From positions 62,001 through 126,000 of the forward strand of contig NW_020847100.1 of the NCBI RefSeq assembly GCF_003704095.1: a stretch of 64,000 nt of DNA, written 5' to 3'. The stretch is from Pocillopora damicornis. Taxonomy: Eukaryota. Position numbers and translations under genes: made by a program. Positions 1 to 11,081 of the stretch are shown piece after piece; position 1 is the first letter of the stretch, and every line of letters starts with the position of its first letter. The notes under the pieces were generated by a model that was given only the letters and a program-made list of their open reading frames with translations, had not been told where the DNA came from and made no database searches.

Positions 1-1234
1 GCAATTTTCACTCGACTGACACCGCAAAGTGCAGCAATGAAAAGAATCTTAAATTTAATTGTGGTCTCTATTTATTGCGTATTGTTTTCGTGAGGCAAGT
101 TTGAACAGATGCAGGGAGGAGGGTCAGTTTACAAGTCGCCCGAGCATACACACCGGCTAACACGAGCCGACAAAGAATGCTACTTACCATCATTTTAGAT
201 GTTTAATTTGCCGAAAAGATACGAGAAAAAGAAAACACTCTTGAAATGGATTAAGAAACTCTAGCGAAGCCAAAAGTGCCGCCAACATTTAAGACGGCGT
301 AATGCTAGCTAATGTGAATCAAGCGAAGTAAAGCGATTTGTCGAAATTTTGTCCGCAGGGCAAAGGCCCCAAATGAAGCGTTGTCAAACGCCTTTTCCTT
401 TTCTGCTTTCGAGTAACGAGTATTGGGTTGCTTTGCCCGAGTGTTTTAGTCGCTGTTATGTTTTGCAGTCCAAACAAGTCGGATATTTGTATCTCGCAGT
501 TGGTTTCAAACCACACAGCAATTAGTTGTACATTGATGGAACCGCGTTGAAAGTTAATTATTGCAAAACCCAAATCAAAACATATCTTCCAAAATAAACA
601 ACGAATCTACTCAACGCGAACGAGAACTAGGAATTATATCCTAATTTAGCACAAATATCGAGTTCAAGACGGCTAGTCGCCTGGCGATAGCAGCTGTATT
701 CGATTTTCGCATTCACATGGTGGTCTCCAGAACATATGATACGTGATACTTTGTTAAAAGCATGTGCTTGTGCGCTCTCTGAAGACACGAAAACTTCTCA
801 GCGAAAGGAATAGGTGTAGAACCCACAGCTGAAACGACAATAGCGCAAGAATGAAGAATAAATCCCTCGTGAAAAGCTAGAGTGAGATGTGAATCGTGTC
901 AATTTCCATTTGTATTGGAACTGTGTGTTGTCACGAGCATAAATAGCAACCAAAGGGAGATTTTATCATAATGCTTTCAAAAACATCCTATGATTATTCG
1001 CATCAAACAACCCCGTGAAAACATAATTTTTTGTGTCATTCATAGAACTAATCTGAACGCTAATGGCCCTGAAACGTTTCGAAAGCGACTCGGTCGTCCA
1101 ACGCCAAGACGATGAAATAAGCAAGGTAATCAAAACCATTCTAGATTTCATAGTGCGGACGCCTCGAAGCCAATATGATACGAAGAAATTGCTATGTTTT
1201 GTAGAAAACAACTTCAAAAAGATGAAGGACCTAC

Positions 1235-1294
1235 CGTAATCAGCAAAGAGCTCCCGAAAATAGTCGCCAGAAGCGCGAGAGAGCGCGCTACCAT
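1235..1294 (-). CDS. Probable first coding exon (signal-peptide-like) of a gene continuing beyond the left edge
   Basis: AAGATGG start context; encodes MVARSLALLATIFGSSLLIT (hydrophobic), followed by donor ACG|gtaggt (phase 0). No further exon could be assigned with confidence. Confidence 0.5.
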
Positions 1295-1389
1295 CTTTGG
1301 TCCCTCCTCGATCCGCGAAAATGCTAAGCTCGGCAATCTTTTGAAGGTCGACCCCACGTGAGTGTGTTCGGGTTTTTTTCCCTTCCATG

Positions 1390-1397
1390 TGACGTCA
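1390..1397. promoter_or_regulatory. Palindromic CRE/ATF site (TGACGTCA) about 100 bp upstream of the putative start at 1294
   Basis: Perfect GTGACGTCAC palindrome at 1389-1398, a CACGTG E-box nearby, and a second TGACGTCA at 2043-2050. Function is inferred from motif and position only. Confidence 0.35.
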
Positions 1398-3726
1398 CTG
1401 TTTATTTTTGTCATGCCTTGATTCCCATGGGTTCCCGCGACATTCTTGAAAGTCTCGTACATTAGAGGGATTTGGTAAAGAAACTTATTAATTGGATTAA
1501 CTTTATGTTAAGAGAGTAAACACCTCAAAGAATGATAGCAACGTATTGTTTTAGAGCCAGAGAATTATTTGAATTAATTTGTGACTGAAATGACAGGGAA
1601 AGGAAAAATCAAAAGTGGTTTTATTCGAGAATGGAGCAGATGTCATCGACCAGAGGCCCATCGCCGCTAATACTGCTCAATTGATAAGACCTACATTCAG
1701 GCAGACTCTTTTGAAAGAAAAAAAAGAACAAAATTATTCTTCTTCCAAGATCGGTTGAAAAAAAATAATGAATAACTGTTTATGTTTAGTGACCACCAAA
1801 GTTTTGAAGGTAAAAGATTACCGTCACAGAAAGTGGGGCCAAGGTAATCAAATGGATCGACAAGATACTTTAAGTGCCATATGCGGAAATAATTTAACTG
1901 GCAGAGAGTGATAAGCGCGTGATGGCCTCTTTACAGGCGCGCGAGATTGAAACGCCCTCCGAATCCTTTGATCAGTTCTTATTATACTGTTATATTCGCC
2001 CGATTACTTTCCACAATTGACGAACGGGTTTCGGAAATCATCTGACGTCATAAGCTTTAGCTCATCTAATTGTAAAAGTGTATATATACTTCAAGTTTAC
2101 TTCCCACAAAATACCTCTACAGTCTGGGAGTCTAGAAATGTAACAAAGCATGTTGTTATTCTGATGTATCAAACAAGCTAGGCATCTTTTTCATTTCTGT
2201 CAGTAATTGTTATAAATGGTATATAGAATACCCCAGGTCAAAGAGGTCATAATCTCTTTTTTGATTTATTCCTGCCGCTTGGTTCATTCAAACTTGATCC
2301 GAAGAACAACAAGGACGAAGGGGTTGGAAATTTTTGCACTCAAATATTGACGTCGTCTCTCAACAGTAAAGAAAAGAGTTCCTTATGATTAGATATCGAG
2401 GAAAGTTGTCACAAAAAGAGGAATTTTGTCATCGACTTCTTAAATTTCAATAGGTTTAAATCCCCTTTATCATTTCCAGAACGCCGTACGTAATTTGCCC
2501 TTTATGGGAGTGGCCGACTCAGTGCTTTGGGAATGTCAGTGAACCAGTATCAGATCGTTAAAGGAATGTGTTTATATTACCATGATCAGACCAATTGACG
2601 ACTCGTCGCAATTTCGAACTCAAAACAATTCATTTGTTTGGTAACATAACTCCAAAATTAGCAAGTTTCGACTTTGGTGTGACTCCCAGTTTAAAAAGGT
2701 TTTCTCTCTGAGCTGAAAATAGAACGAAATCAATCTACGAATCATTTGCCGCTCACAGGTGAAAACCCCAAGTCTCTTAAAAAAACATTGCATGCTTATA
2801 AAAGCACGAGCCTTTTCCAATTTAAGATCTTCTTTCATTTTGGGGTAATGTGATGTAAAATAATCTCTTCGGCGCCTATTCGAAACGATTATTTTAATAG
2901 CTCGGCTTTTTTTCTTCTCTACTTCCGGCGACTGCCCAAATTGAACACAACCAGGCTAATAACGGCATCAGGCGAATTGCTCAAAGAAAAATTAATAATT
3001 TTCGCAAAAGTTCTGATTCGACGCCGCTTCATCAATCAGTTCTTAAAGTTCGATTTGAGTCCCTGGAGGCTGGGAAAGCGCAAGGATATTCGATGAAAAA
3101 GTCAAAGAGGAAGTGATAAACCGTGATCAATCGCAGCGGGATGTTTGAGAACGAGACGATTCAATGACATTTAGACGGCTTGATGATTATGACAAAGCTT
3201 TCACGAACACTTATTTTGTCGTTTCACCTTAAACGAGACTTTGGTTTTTATAGACATTGGACCTAAGTTCTGTTAAAAAAAAAAAAAAAAAAGGGTAAAT
3301 GGCATGCTTTTGAATAAGTGTGTCATCCTGTTGAAGCTTTTCACGGTTTCTAGGGCACGAGGCGACAACGGGTATTGATATGCTAATCCCCTTGAATGGC
3401 ATGATAATCTTATATCATCGCAATTTCATCCAACAATGGCTTTAAGTGTCTCTGACAGTTTGCCATCACTTGCATATTTGTACTGCCACGTCTTCTTTGT
3501 CCAGATGCAAAATATGTCAGGAAGAAATATTCAACGCACTGTGCAAAAAATTCTCTCTGTTGAGCAAGATAAATATTTTTCCAATAGTCGACAAATCAAA
3601 GCACACACGCGACGAATGGAAAATAATTCTAACCCTTTTTTCTCAAGTGCTCTTTGCCCCGATTTCATGTGCAAGTGTTCACAACTTTGATCAATATCGA
3701 CCTAGTAACAGCTTAGCTCTCTTACT

Positions 3727-3860
3727 GCTCTCTGTAGCTCAAGGTAGAGCATCGGAGCGCGGTATACGTCGAACAAAGGTCTGAAGTTCGATTTCTCAAT
3801 GAGGACTTCAATAATTTTATTTGTTCTACGCTCGTGACGAGATGAATAACACTTTCTTTG
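3727..3860 (+). mobile_element. tRNA-derived SINE-like fragment
   Basis: GTAGCTCAAGGTAGAGC (A-box/D-arm-like) and GTTCGATT (B-box-like); no intact cloverleaf. Confidence 0.55.
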
Positions 3861-3944
3861 ACAAGATCACAATTAGACTCGGTGATCAGTTCACTGAGTG
3901 ATTCAAGTTATTAAACGTGCAGTGATATAAGAAGATCCTTTATC

Positions 3945-4092
3945 AACCTTTTACATCCTAGCACCAGTATGCATATTCTCCACACTGTTCTCTGTACATT
4001 TCCCAAGGTGCTCGCCCGGAGAATTTATTTAACAATCAAGAGCTTCTTTAGGGAGAAATTAGATACTAGATACTCACAGGGGTCAAAGGGAA
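3945..4092. mobile_element. Degenerate MITE-like element with piggyBac-type ends
   Basis: Ends resemble AACCCTT...AAGGG; same end type as the element at 57512-57727. Confidence 0.4.
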
Positions 4093-5541
4093 ATGTATTT
4101 TACTGATAGGAGGGCATCACGTCAAGGAGTCAGAGTATCTGCGAACACTTCTTGCATTGCTCAATTTATGATTTATAAACAAGATTTAAGCATCGCTTTG
4201 ACCTTTACTAATTAAAAAAAATATGGATCAAAGGCACAAATACTCGAGTTATTGGTAGAATCGAATAGCATACAAGGCCATAACTGCTTCTTTACTCGCC
4301 TTCTAAGGCTGCTAATAGCATATCTCTCTGCATGATTCATAAACAATTTTATGCGTTTGGGACGCGTTGAATCCGTTGCTTAAAATATTTGTGTTCACAT
4401 ACAGTAAAATATTAACCCTTTTTATTATTTCTACCCATTATCAGATAAAAAATATTGCTTGGGTATTCAAATGCAAGCGCTGTTTAAATGATTTCGAGTT
4501 CCCAAATGATGTCAACAGCTTATTCTAAACAAACACACAGCATTCGCTTTCTATCCTTAGAGGAGAAAAAAAGTAACCTAACTTTTTTAGTAACGGGGCA
4601 GTACACCGTTGTCAAAGATGAAATTATCGGCCTTAAAAGCGGAAATAAGTTATGCGAAAATTCCATATATATTGGAACCCAGCGGTAATGAAGAGACGGT
4701 TACATTAACCGAAAAGGCGCCTCACCTTTAGGCGACGGCGGCCTCTTAGATGCAGCGTTTACTCCGGGGCGAAGCCGATAAGAATGAATACACTGCTTAA
4801 GGCTTTATGCGGCCAATTGCATCTCATAGAAGTGGAGAAAAAACTACAATCTAAGGCCGTGTTCTAATTAGGATGAACCGTTTCAACCGCAACCGATAAA
4901 GGTTGAAGTGGTTGTTATCTCGAAATATAAATCCCTTGACCATCTATTTTCGGTTGAAAATAGCTTGTGGTAAAAGTCATTATCAAACAAAAAATTCCAA
5001 TCATTCTTCTTCTTGTGGCACGATTCCTACTCCTTCTTCGCTAATTTGCACACTTTTGAATTTCCTTTAATTCCGAATTTCTTTCAGTTTTACTCGTTAC
5101 TTGTTTTCACGATAACAATACTTTTTTTTTTCTTTTTTTTCCCCTCACGTTCATAGCGAGCGCGGAAGCCGCCGAATAAAGCCTGCGGTCACCATTATAT
5201 AAGCATGAGACGACAACGGTTGCTACCCATTTTATTTCAACCTGGTTTGACCGATTGAAAGAGTTGATCAACCAAATCCACTTAAAACGGTTTTTCCTTG
5301 TTGGAAAATTGAAAACCAAAATGAGGGAACCAACCGAAAGACCATAAAACGGCTAATATCGGTAGAACACGAAATAAGTTACTGTAAGCCAGCTCTCCGG
5401 TTCCCAGGTCTCCCGCAGTAAAGAGACTGATACCTAAGAAATATTGTAGACGAGCAAAAGGGATTGGCTTTTAACCACACGCACTGTTTTAAATTACTTT
5501 TTGGCCTCTTGGAGCAGCTTTTGACATAATTTCTGTACATT

Positions 5542-8500
5542 TTAAGAACACCATCCGCAGCTGTATTTGCAGTATTGTCTCATAATACCCATAGCACTTC
5601 GGCTTTTGCAAAGTCCTTCTCTAGCTAAGTTATGGCAATCTGCCACCTCATCTAAGCACATGCGTCCTGAAAATGATCATAAACACATAACTGAATCAAC
5701 GATCTGAAACAAAATATAGAAATTTTCGCCTGAAGAAGACCAGCAGTATGCAGTCGAAACGTCGCGATCTACGATTACGAAACGATTATGTTTCTTTTTT
5801 GAAGTAGAAATTTTCAAACGAGTGTCAAAAGTAACCCGGTAAAGCTTGGTGGTTATCCTTCCCTTGATTTTGCTCTATGATTGGTTCAGATAACTCGCGA
5901 AATTTTCTCAACCAATCATATTAAAAACTGAAACTAATCTTAACTTTTTCATTTGCGTCTTCTTGCTTCAAATATTTTTTAGTTCTGTGTGGTTTCGGTT
6001 TGACGTCACTCTGCACTCTTCTCTAACAAGCAGACAGTGACTGTCGTGAGGAGCCGCGCACTTTTTTCGGGGAAGCGCAAGTTACTTACTGGACTATAAC
6101 GTTAATTTTGTTCTTGGTTTACTTACCGTTTTTATATCCCCCTGCCATACAAGACTCCCTACAGTTTTGCAACATAAACTCTTGGTGAAGGTAACAATCA
6201 CCATTCCGCACCCACGATCTGCATCCTCTTGGCATTCTATCACGTGCTGTCTTCTCAACTAAAAATAGTATTCATACATTATTTAGTAAGAGAAACCGAA
6301 GTTGCGTCACTCTAACGCAGGTTCGACTATTCAACTAATAGTCCTATGAAAAGCTGAATCATACATCTATGTTGACTGGTTCCTACTTACGACTAACAGA
6401 CACATAGATGACGTCACCATTAACGATATTTTGTATTTTATCTTCTGAAGTATCAGTGACACACTGAGTGCGCCGCGTGTACCTTTTCTTTGATAGAACA
6501 GGCCATCAGGGTCACCAGCTGACTATTTGTTAAAAGTAATTAATCTCACTTATATTCTGCTGTCTTTCCTTTCTGTGTAACCTCTACCTTGGGACCTTGA
6601 GATTTTTTTTCCAACTAACAGTTGTAACTTTGAAGGCTTATAGCGATGTTACACGAAAAATATCTAGATGACAAAAGTAAAAAAAAAGAAGAGAAAAAGA
6701 AATCCTCCCTTCAAAAAGGATCGGTCCATCACATTTCAGTTTTTTCTCTCTTTCAGTCCTCTTTCAGTCCTCTTTCAGTCCTTTCACGAAGGGGGAACCA
6801 TCGTCGCTAGCAGAGTATAAAGGGGGACGCGCCCGGGAGTATAGAAATATGACTGCAAACTGGAGGGGGGTCATTAGATTACTAAAAGGCCTTGGGGGAG
6901 GGGAGAATCAGATCAGGTAAATTTCATTGTGACACAATCAAAATCCTCAGACCCNNNNNNNNNNNNNNNNNNNNNNNNNNNNNNNNNNNNNNNNNNNNNN
7001 NNNNNNNNNNNNNNNNNNNNNNNNNNNNNNNNNNNNNNNNNNNNNNNNNNNNNNNNNNNNNNNNNNNNNNNNNNNNNNNNNNNNNNNNNNNNNNNNNNNN
7101 NNNNNNNNNNNNNNNNNNNNNNNNNNNNNNNNNNNNNNNNNNNNNNNNNNNNNNNNNNNNNNNNNNNNNNNNNNNNNNNNNNNNNNNNNNNNNNNNNNNN
7201 NNNNNNNNNNNNNNNNNNNNNNNNNNNNNNNNNNNNNNNNNNNNNNNNNNNNNNNNNNNNNNNNNNNNNNNGAATAGCGCTGAGCCCAAAAAATTAGGTC
7301 TCTGTAGAGCTGTTGGTATTAAGAAAAGGCTTAAAAAGTATTCCACGATCGCATTAGGCTTGCTCTTAAACGCCTCCGTTTTCGTCCAGAGAACATGCGC
7401 AGTCCTCGCTACCAGTCAGATGCAAAACTAAAAACCAATCGCAGCTGGGTCACCTGCCTTTCCCGTTAGCCATTGTGATAGAGCAGGAGATTATAATTTC
7501 ATGTAGTTTATCAATGAAAACCCATTGTAGAAACAGGTAAACTACCAAAACCACGGGAAACACGGGTAACCAAGCCACGATTTACACTCGTTTTGACTCT
7601 CACTGCTTGAGAGGATGATGCGAGTTTTCAGGACCAATTGGAATCAAAGTAAGGCAAAAAATGATCCCGGATAACTTTCGCCACTGGATTGATAAATCCT
7701 CTATTTACCTGCGGAAGTTTTTTTTCGATTTTCGGATACTGTTAATAAGTTGATAGGGGATGCCCTTGCAAGTTCAGATTAAAGGCACAATTTTTCAAGG
7801 CTTTCTTCAAACTCATGATTAAATTAACAAGTTGACGCACCATGACACAAAAGTGTAAATCCAATTGAGTTTCATTTTCAGTGGGACAGCAGATTATATA
7901 AACTCAATCTGGTCCCCAATGCCGATTCCCATATAGAGTTGTTGTGGTTAAGTTTCGAAAAACCGAAAGCAATATAGTCACAGCCGTCAATCGGAGCGAA
8001 GGTCGACATCATCGTTAGCCAATGAAAATTCAAAGTTGAAATTTCATGAAGCGCGGAACAATGTAAGTGATAAAATCACGATTGGTTTTGGTTTTGAATC
8101 TGATTGGTTGAGAAGGTGGCGTGAGTTTTCGGGACCAATCATGAAGCGAAATTAAGCAAAACCAAAGGAAGGAGAGCCCCTGAGAAAGCCCCTACAGCCT
8201 CGTACTTACCTAACTTCATAGGCGCACACTTGTGGCAACTCCATGGACACATTTCGTGCATTTCTTCAGGATCCTTTTGACATAATCCTTGCTTTGCCCA
8301 TTGTCGACAATCATCATTTAGATCGTCACACTCTCCCCAATGAAAAAATTTCTCGTTCACTTCTCTTATATCACGATATACTAAAAGATTAATTTTATAT
8401 ATCTATCATTTAGGGTATGGGTAAAGTTAAAGATAATTGCAATTCATTTCTCGATAAAATGCGTCTTATTTTTCAAAACTTACATTTAGGAAAACAGTAG

Positions 8501-10493
8501 CCCCATCTCTTGTCCTTGTTGTAGTCAGTTGTTGTCGCACACCATGTTTTTTTATTAAAGCGTAGACAGTTATACACGAGTCTGTTTTTAAAGAAAAACG
8601 GAAATTTACAAGGTTTTCCTCGCCCATTTCCTCCATGGGTGCACAAGCCGCAAGATCGTGGGCACTTTTTACACATGTACGGGGCATTGACTACACATTC
8701 GCCATCCATCGCCCAAGTTCCGCAACGACTGTGAAGGTCAATGCAATCGGTTACGTCCTTGTCTGTCTGACAGTGACCCCACTTCTTATCTCTGTCGTAG
8801 TTGTTGGTTGTTGCGCACCAAGGCAGGTTATGTTTGCAGTCCTTGTAGGTGCATGATGTGTAGTTCTTACCGTCGTAGTAAAATGGAAAAACGCAAGGGG
8901 CGTTGTGGTCGTTTCCTGATAATGTGTAGACTGGAAAAAGCGAGAAAAATAGTGTTATTTGGTACAGATTTGTTATCTTTTGAAGCAGCTGAATACTTTC
9001 CAATGTCTCGTTTGCAAGGAATAAAGAAAGTCTCACAAACGAGGAAAATGGTTCACAATGCCAAAGTCTATCCCACTTTGACTGACGTAGTGTTACTAGA
9101 AATCTTTAATTTCTTCTCCCCGGATTAAATGCTGAGCTCTTCAGTACTTTCTCAAGTTTTCCCGAGTTTTGCACCTTCCCAATCTTGACTCAAAAAGGAT
9201 GAGTAAATTGTTTTGCTCAAGAACAGCCCGACAACCCTGACTAGTGTTCAAACCCGAACATTTTGATGCGAAGTTTAGCGCACCAACAACTGGTTTCTAA
9301 CGTTTACCCTCAATTGTAACTTGGAAGCGGGTAGCCCCTCCTTTCTGGATAAACCAACTTTGGGTTAAAACTGTAGACTTACTCCGCATCCCTTCCAAAA
9401 TTACAAACCAGACTTTAAAATGATCGAGCGCTTTCAAAGAGCTAATCAGAACATGCCTAAATGTCACACTGAGCTGATCAGAACTCAGAGTAAACTACCT
9501 TAAGCGCAGTGCAGCTACCTTAAGCGCAGTGAAGCTACCTTAAGCGCAGTGCAGCTACCTTAAGCGCAGGAGTTACCTGCTGGTTTCCATTTGATTGGCT
9601 GAAAGTTTGGCGCAAGTAATTGAGGACAATCGTAAAAGCCAATGAAGCGAGACTAAAACAACCCTTGAACATCTTCGACATTCAATTAAAAACTTCTTAC
9701 ACCTTTCACAAGACTGAGTCAAATAATATGATAATGATATGATGATGTTATGTGATATTTAATATTTAATTAATCTGATCTTACCTACGCTTGTCCGACC
9801 TTCTTGATAAAGAACTGAGCCGGAAGTATCGTGACGAGACACTCGGTGTTCACTTGAACGATGCACTACATCATGTACGGATTTCAAAGACATAATTATA
9901 TGATTCAGAATGCAGGAACTTGAAAAAGTGTCCAACAATTGTCGTAACTGCTTGAAAAGTGGCGAACCATTTATGGAGTACTGAATAAATGGGGCAAGTT
10001 TCTAAAGAAACTGTGGTGCTACGTCGGTAGAAAAGTATATCAGGGTAATTTGGTATTATTAACTGAGTTGATAACGTAAATTGGCCACCGTAAAGAGTTT
10101 CAAAGCGGACGTTTCGAGCGTTAGCCCTCCGCCAGGGCGAAAGACGAAGGGCTAACGCTCGGAACATCCGCTTTGGAACTTTTAACAGTGGCCAACTTAC
10201 GTTAATCAACTTAGTTGATAGTGCCAAACTACCTCACTAATGGAATGTTTTGACAAGAAGATAGAAAAATATGAGACTCAGTGCTACCACTCGCACTATC
10301 TTTGTGAATCCTACTGCTGTCAAATGTATTTGCGAATATGACCTCGGGATAATTTGTCTAACGACTGATCGTTACAAGAAGGGAAAGTTATTACAATAAT
10401 TTTAAATTTTAGCATCTCACCTTTCGCCCTCGTTTCGACAACACTGAAGAAAAATCCCCATAACAGCAACACAGGATTGAAAAGGAAGAACAT
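5542..10493 (-). CDS. Secreted fibronectin type II plus ShK domain protein (SP-FN2-ShK-FN2-ShK-ShK[4Cys]-ShK), about 342 aa
   Basis: Exons on minus strand: 10493-10421 (MFFLFNPVLLLWGFFFSVVETRAK signal peptide), 9865-9785 (least certain), 8930-8484 (two FN2 motifs PCVFPFYY...WCATTNNYDRDKKWGHC and PCKFPFFF...WCATTTDYNKDKRWGYC flanking a ShK domain), 8380-8210 (ShK), 6258-6127 (4-Cys ShK-like), 5666-5542 (ShK, TAA). All introns are GT-AG phase 1. The gap at 6955-7271 could hide further exons. Confidence 0.85.
5717..5771 (+). ncRNA. Minimal hammerhead-ribozyme-like motif (Penelope-like element remnant)
   Basis: tcgc-CTGAAGA-a-GAC(12 nt loop)GTC-GAAA-CG-TC-gcga: core boxes present, stem II GAC/GTC, stem I tcgc/gcga, palindromic ACGT stem III. 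Confidence 0.5.
6955..7271. other. Assembly gap (N run)
   Basis: N run. Other gaps: 12612-12711, 34471-34480, 43954-44093, 55976-56075, 57307-57406, 61060-61159. Confidence 0.99.
7965..8165 (+). repeat. Copy of an interspersed repeat family (gccaat...gaagcgcgg...gattggttttgg...tgattggttgaga...gaccaatca)
   Basis: Related copies seen at about 5820-5990, 7540-7700, 9420-9700, 13840-13950 (reverse) and 14075-14430 (two tandem copies). Confidence 0.6.
9494..9569 (+). repeat. 20-bp minisatellite, 4 copies (ctaccttaagcgcagtg[c/a]ag)
   Basis: Directly visible tandem array inside a repeat copy in an intron of the FN2/ShK gene. Confidence 0.9.
10041..10233. mobile_element. Palindromic (head-to-head) Penelope-like terminal-repeat remnant
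   Basis: About 90-bp imperfect inverted arms; each arm carries a degenerate ctgacgaagggctaacgctcgaaacgtc hammerhead-like motif; homologous to 43460-43648. Confidence 0.6.
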
Positions 10494-10678
10494 GTTGAGT
10501 GTCTTTATGTGGATACAGAAGAGTGAGAGCAATATTTCTGTGAGCAAAGGTTTATTCCCTCGATCAGTATGCAGAACAATCTATCTGAAGGATATTTAAG
10601 CATCTTTAAATTGAACTTATGATATTTTGCTAAAGAAATAGATAAATATATATCGAAGGAAATATGTGGGAAAGGGAA

Positions 10679-11081
10679 TACCGTATTTCCTGGAATGGGT
10701 GCACAGGTAGTTATTTAAAGATTCGGCTAAAAGGAGGGGCATTTATTGGAAGGAGTGCGTTTATCGAAGAGGGACTTATCGACTTAGTGTAGTAGTGAAG
10801 GACAAAAATTAACAAAAAGAGATGACGCGCATAAAAGAACTCTGCGATCACATGGGCATGGATAAACTGGCACAGAAAAGAGACGTTTTTCCCGTACTGA
10901 TTCCGTTCTAGTTAAAACCTAAAAAGTTGAAGATAAAGAAATGGAAACTTGCTGTCTAAGAGAGTGAGAGAAGGGGGAGGGGGAAGGGGGGCGCTTTTTT
11001 GACATTATGGCTTGGGGGGTAGGCACTTGTTCGGGGGAGGGCGCTTATAAGAGGTTGGGCGCTTATTCGAGGAAATACGCT
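10679..11081. mobile_element. MITE with terminal inverted repeats
   Basis: Left end taccgtatttcctggaat, right end attcgaggaaatacg(c)ta; internal ggggcgcttatt-type subrepeats; TA flanks. Confidence 0.65.

Noticed and set aside
181-200. Minus-strand ATGATG|gtaagt, a possible start-codon exon
   Set aside because: Plausible alternative first exon, but the downstream exons lie outside the window, so it cannot be supported.
6892-7431. ORFs spanning N runs (also near 43848-44213, 55949-56152 and 57233-57424)
   Set aside because: Open only because N codons contain no stops.
9494-9569. Short regular repeats resembling a CRISPR array (also 57138-57178)
   Set aside because: No unique spacers, no cas genes, eukaryotic context.
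9785-9980. Longer version of exon 2 of the FN2/ShK gene using the acceptor at 9981-9983
   Set aside because: It starts in phase 0, incompatible with the phase-1 signal exon, and would stop at 9871.
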